In this document: piece after piece, positions 47,143 to 64,000 of the stretch
Numbering within the stretch: the stretch's first letter is position 1
Layout: each line of letters opens with the position of its first letter
Source: Candidatus Marinacidobacterium sp.
Lineage (GTDB): Bacteria; Acidobacteriota; Vicinamibacteria; Marinacidobacterales; Marinacidobacteraceae
DNA: 64,000 nucleotides
NCBI GenBank assembly: GCA_965204755.1
Contig: OZ242011.1
Coordinates: forward strand, 800,001 to 864,000
Direction: 5' to 3'
Program-made: the position numbers and the translations under genes
The notes under the pieces: model-generated
Database searches by the model: none
Seen by the model: the letters and a program-made list of their open reading frames with translations, nothing else
What the model was told of the DNA's origin: nothing

Positions 47143-64000
<16,858 letters not shown>

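Overview
A very GC-rich (~70-75% by eye) bacterial window; gene content and repeat style suggest an Acidobacteriota-like, possibly host-associated organism (inference). It holds about 30 genes. Metabolic and transport genes: two Tat-signal class V PLP enzymes, acyl-CoA dehydrogenase, aromatic amino acid decarboxylase, PhhB, two M20 enzymes, SDR, two sodium:solute symporters, a P1 peptidase and a CPA2 antiporter. Also present: an addB-addA pair, a likely peptidoglycan-scavenging operon (PDZ-hydrolase, serine hydrolase-VanX fusion, HEAT protein, SSS, AmpG, TonB receptor), a low-GC GmrSD-like gene, an orphan RHH antitoxin, four paralogous AAA ATPases plus a stub, and the 3' 16.9 kb of a giant repeat autotransporter-like protein. 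The best candidate for an undescribed system is the four-gene membrane operon at 18032-22855. It encodes a MotA/ZorA-like subunit, a MotB/ZorB-like subunit with Glu instead of Asp and no OmpA domain, a membrane-anchored VWA-like protein and a 4-TM coiled-coil protein. Two window-wide signals also stand out: apparent absence of AGCT and ACGT, replaced by their C-to-T products, and -10 boxes directly upstream of start codons (leaderless genes). No CRISPR, tRNA or rRNA was seen. All assignments are from motif reading by eye, with no database searches.
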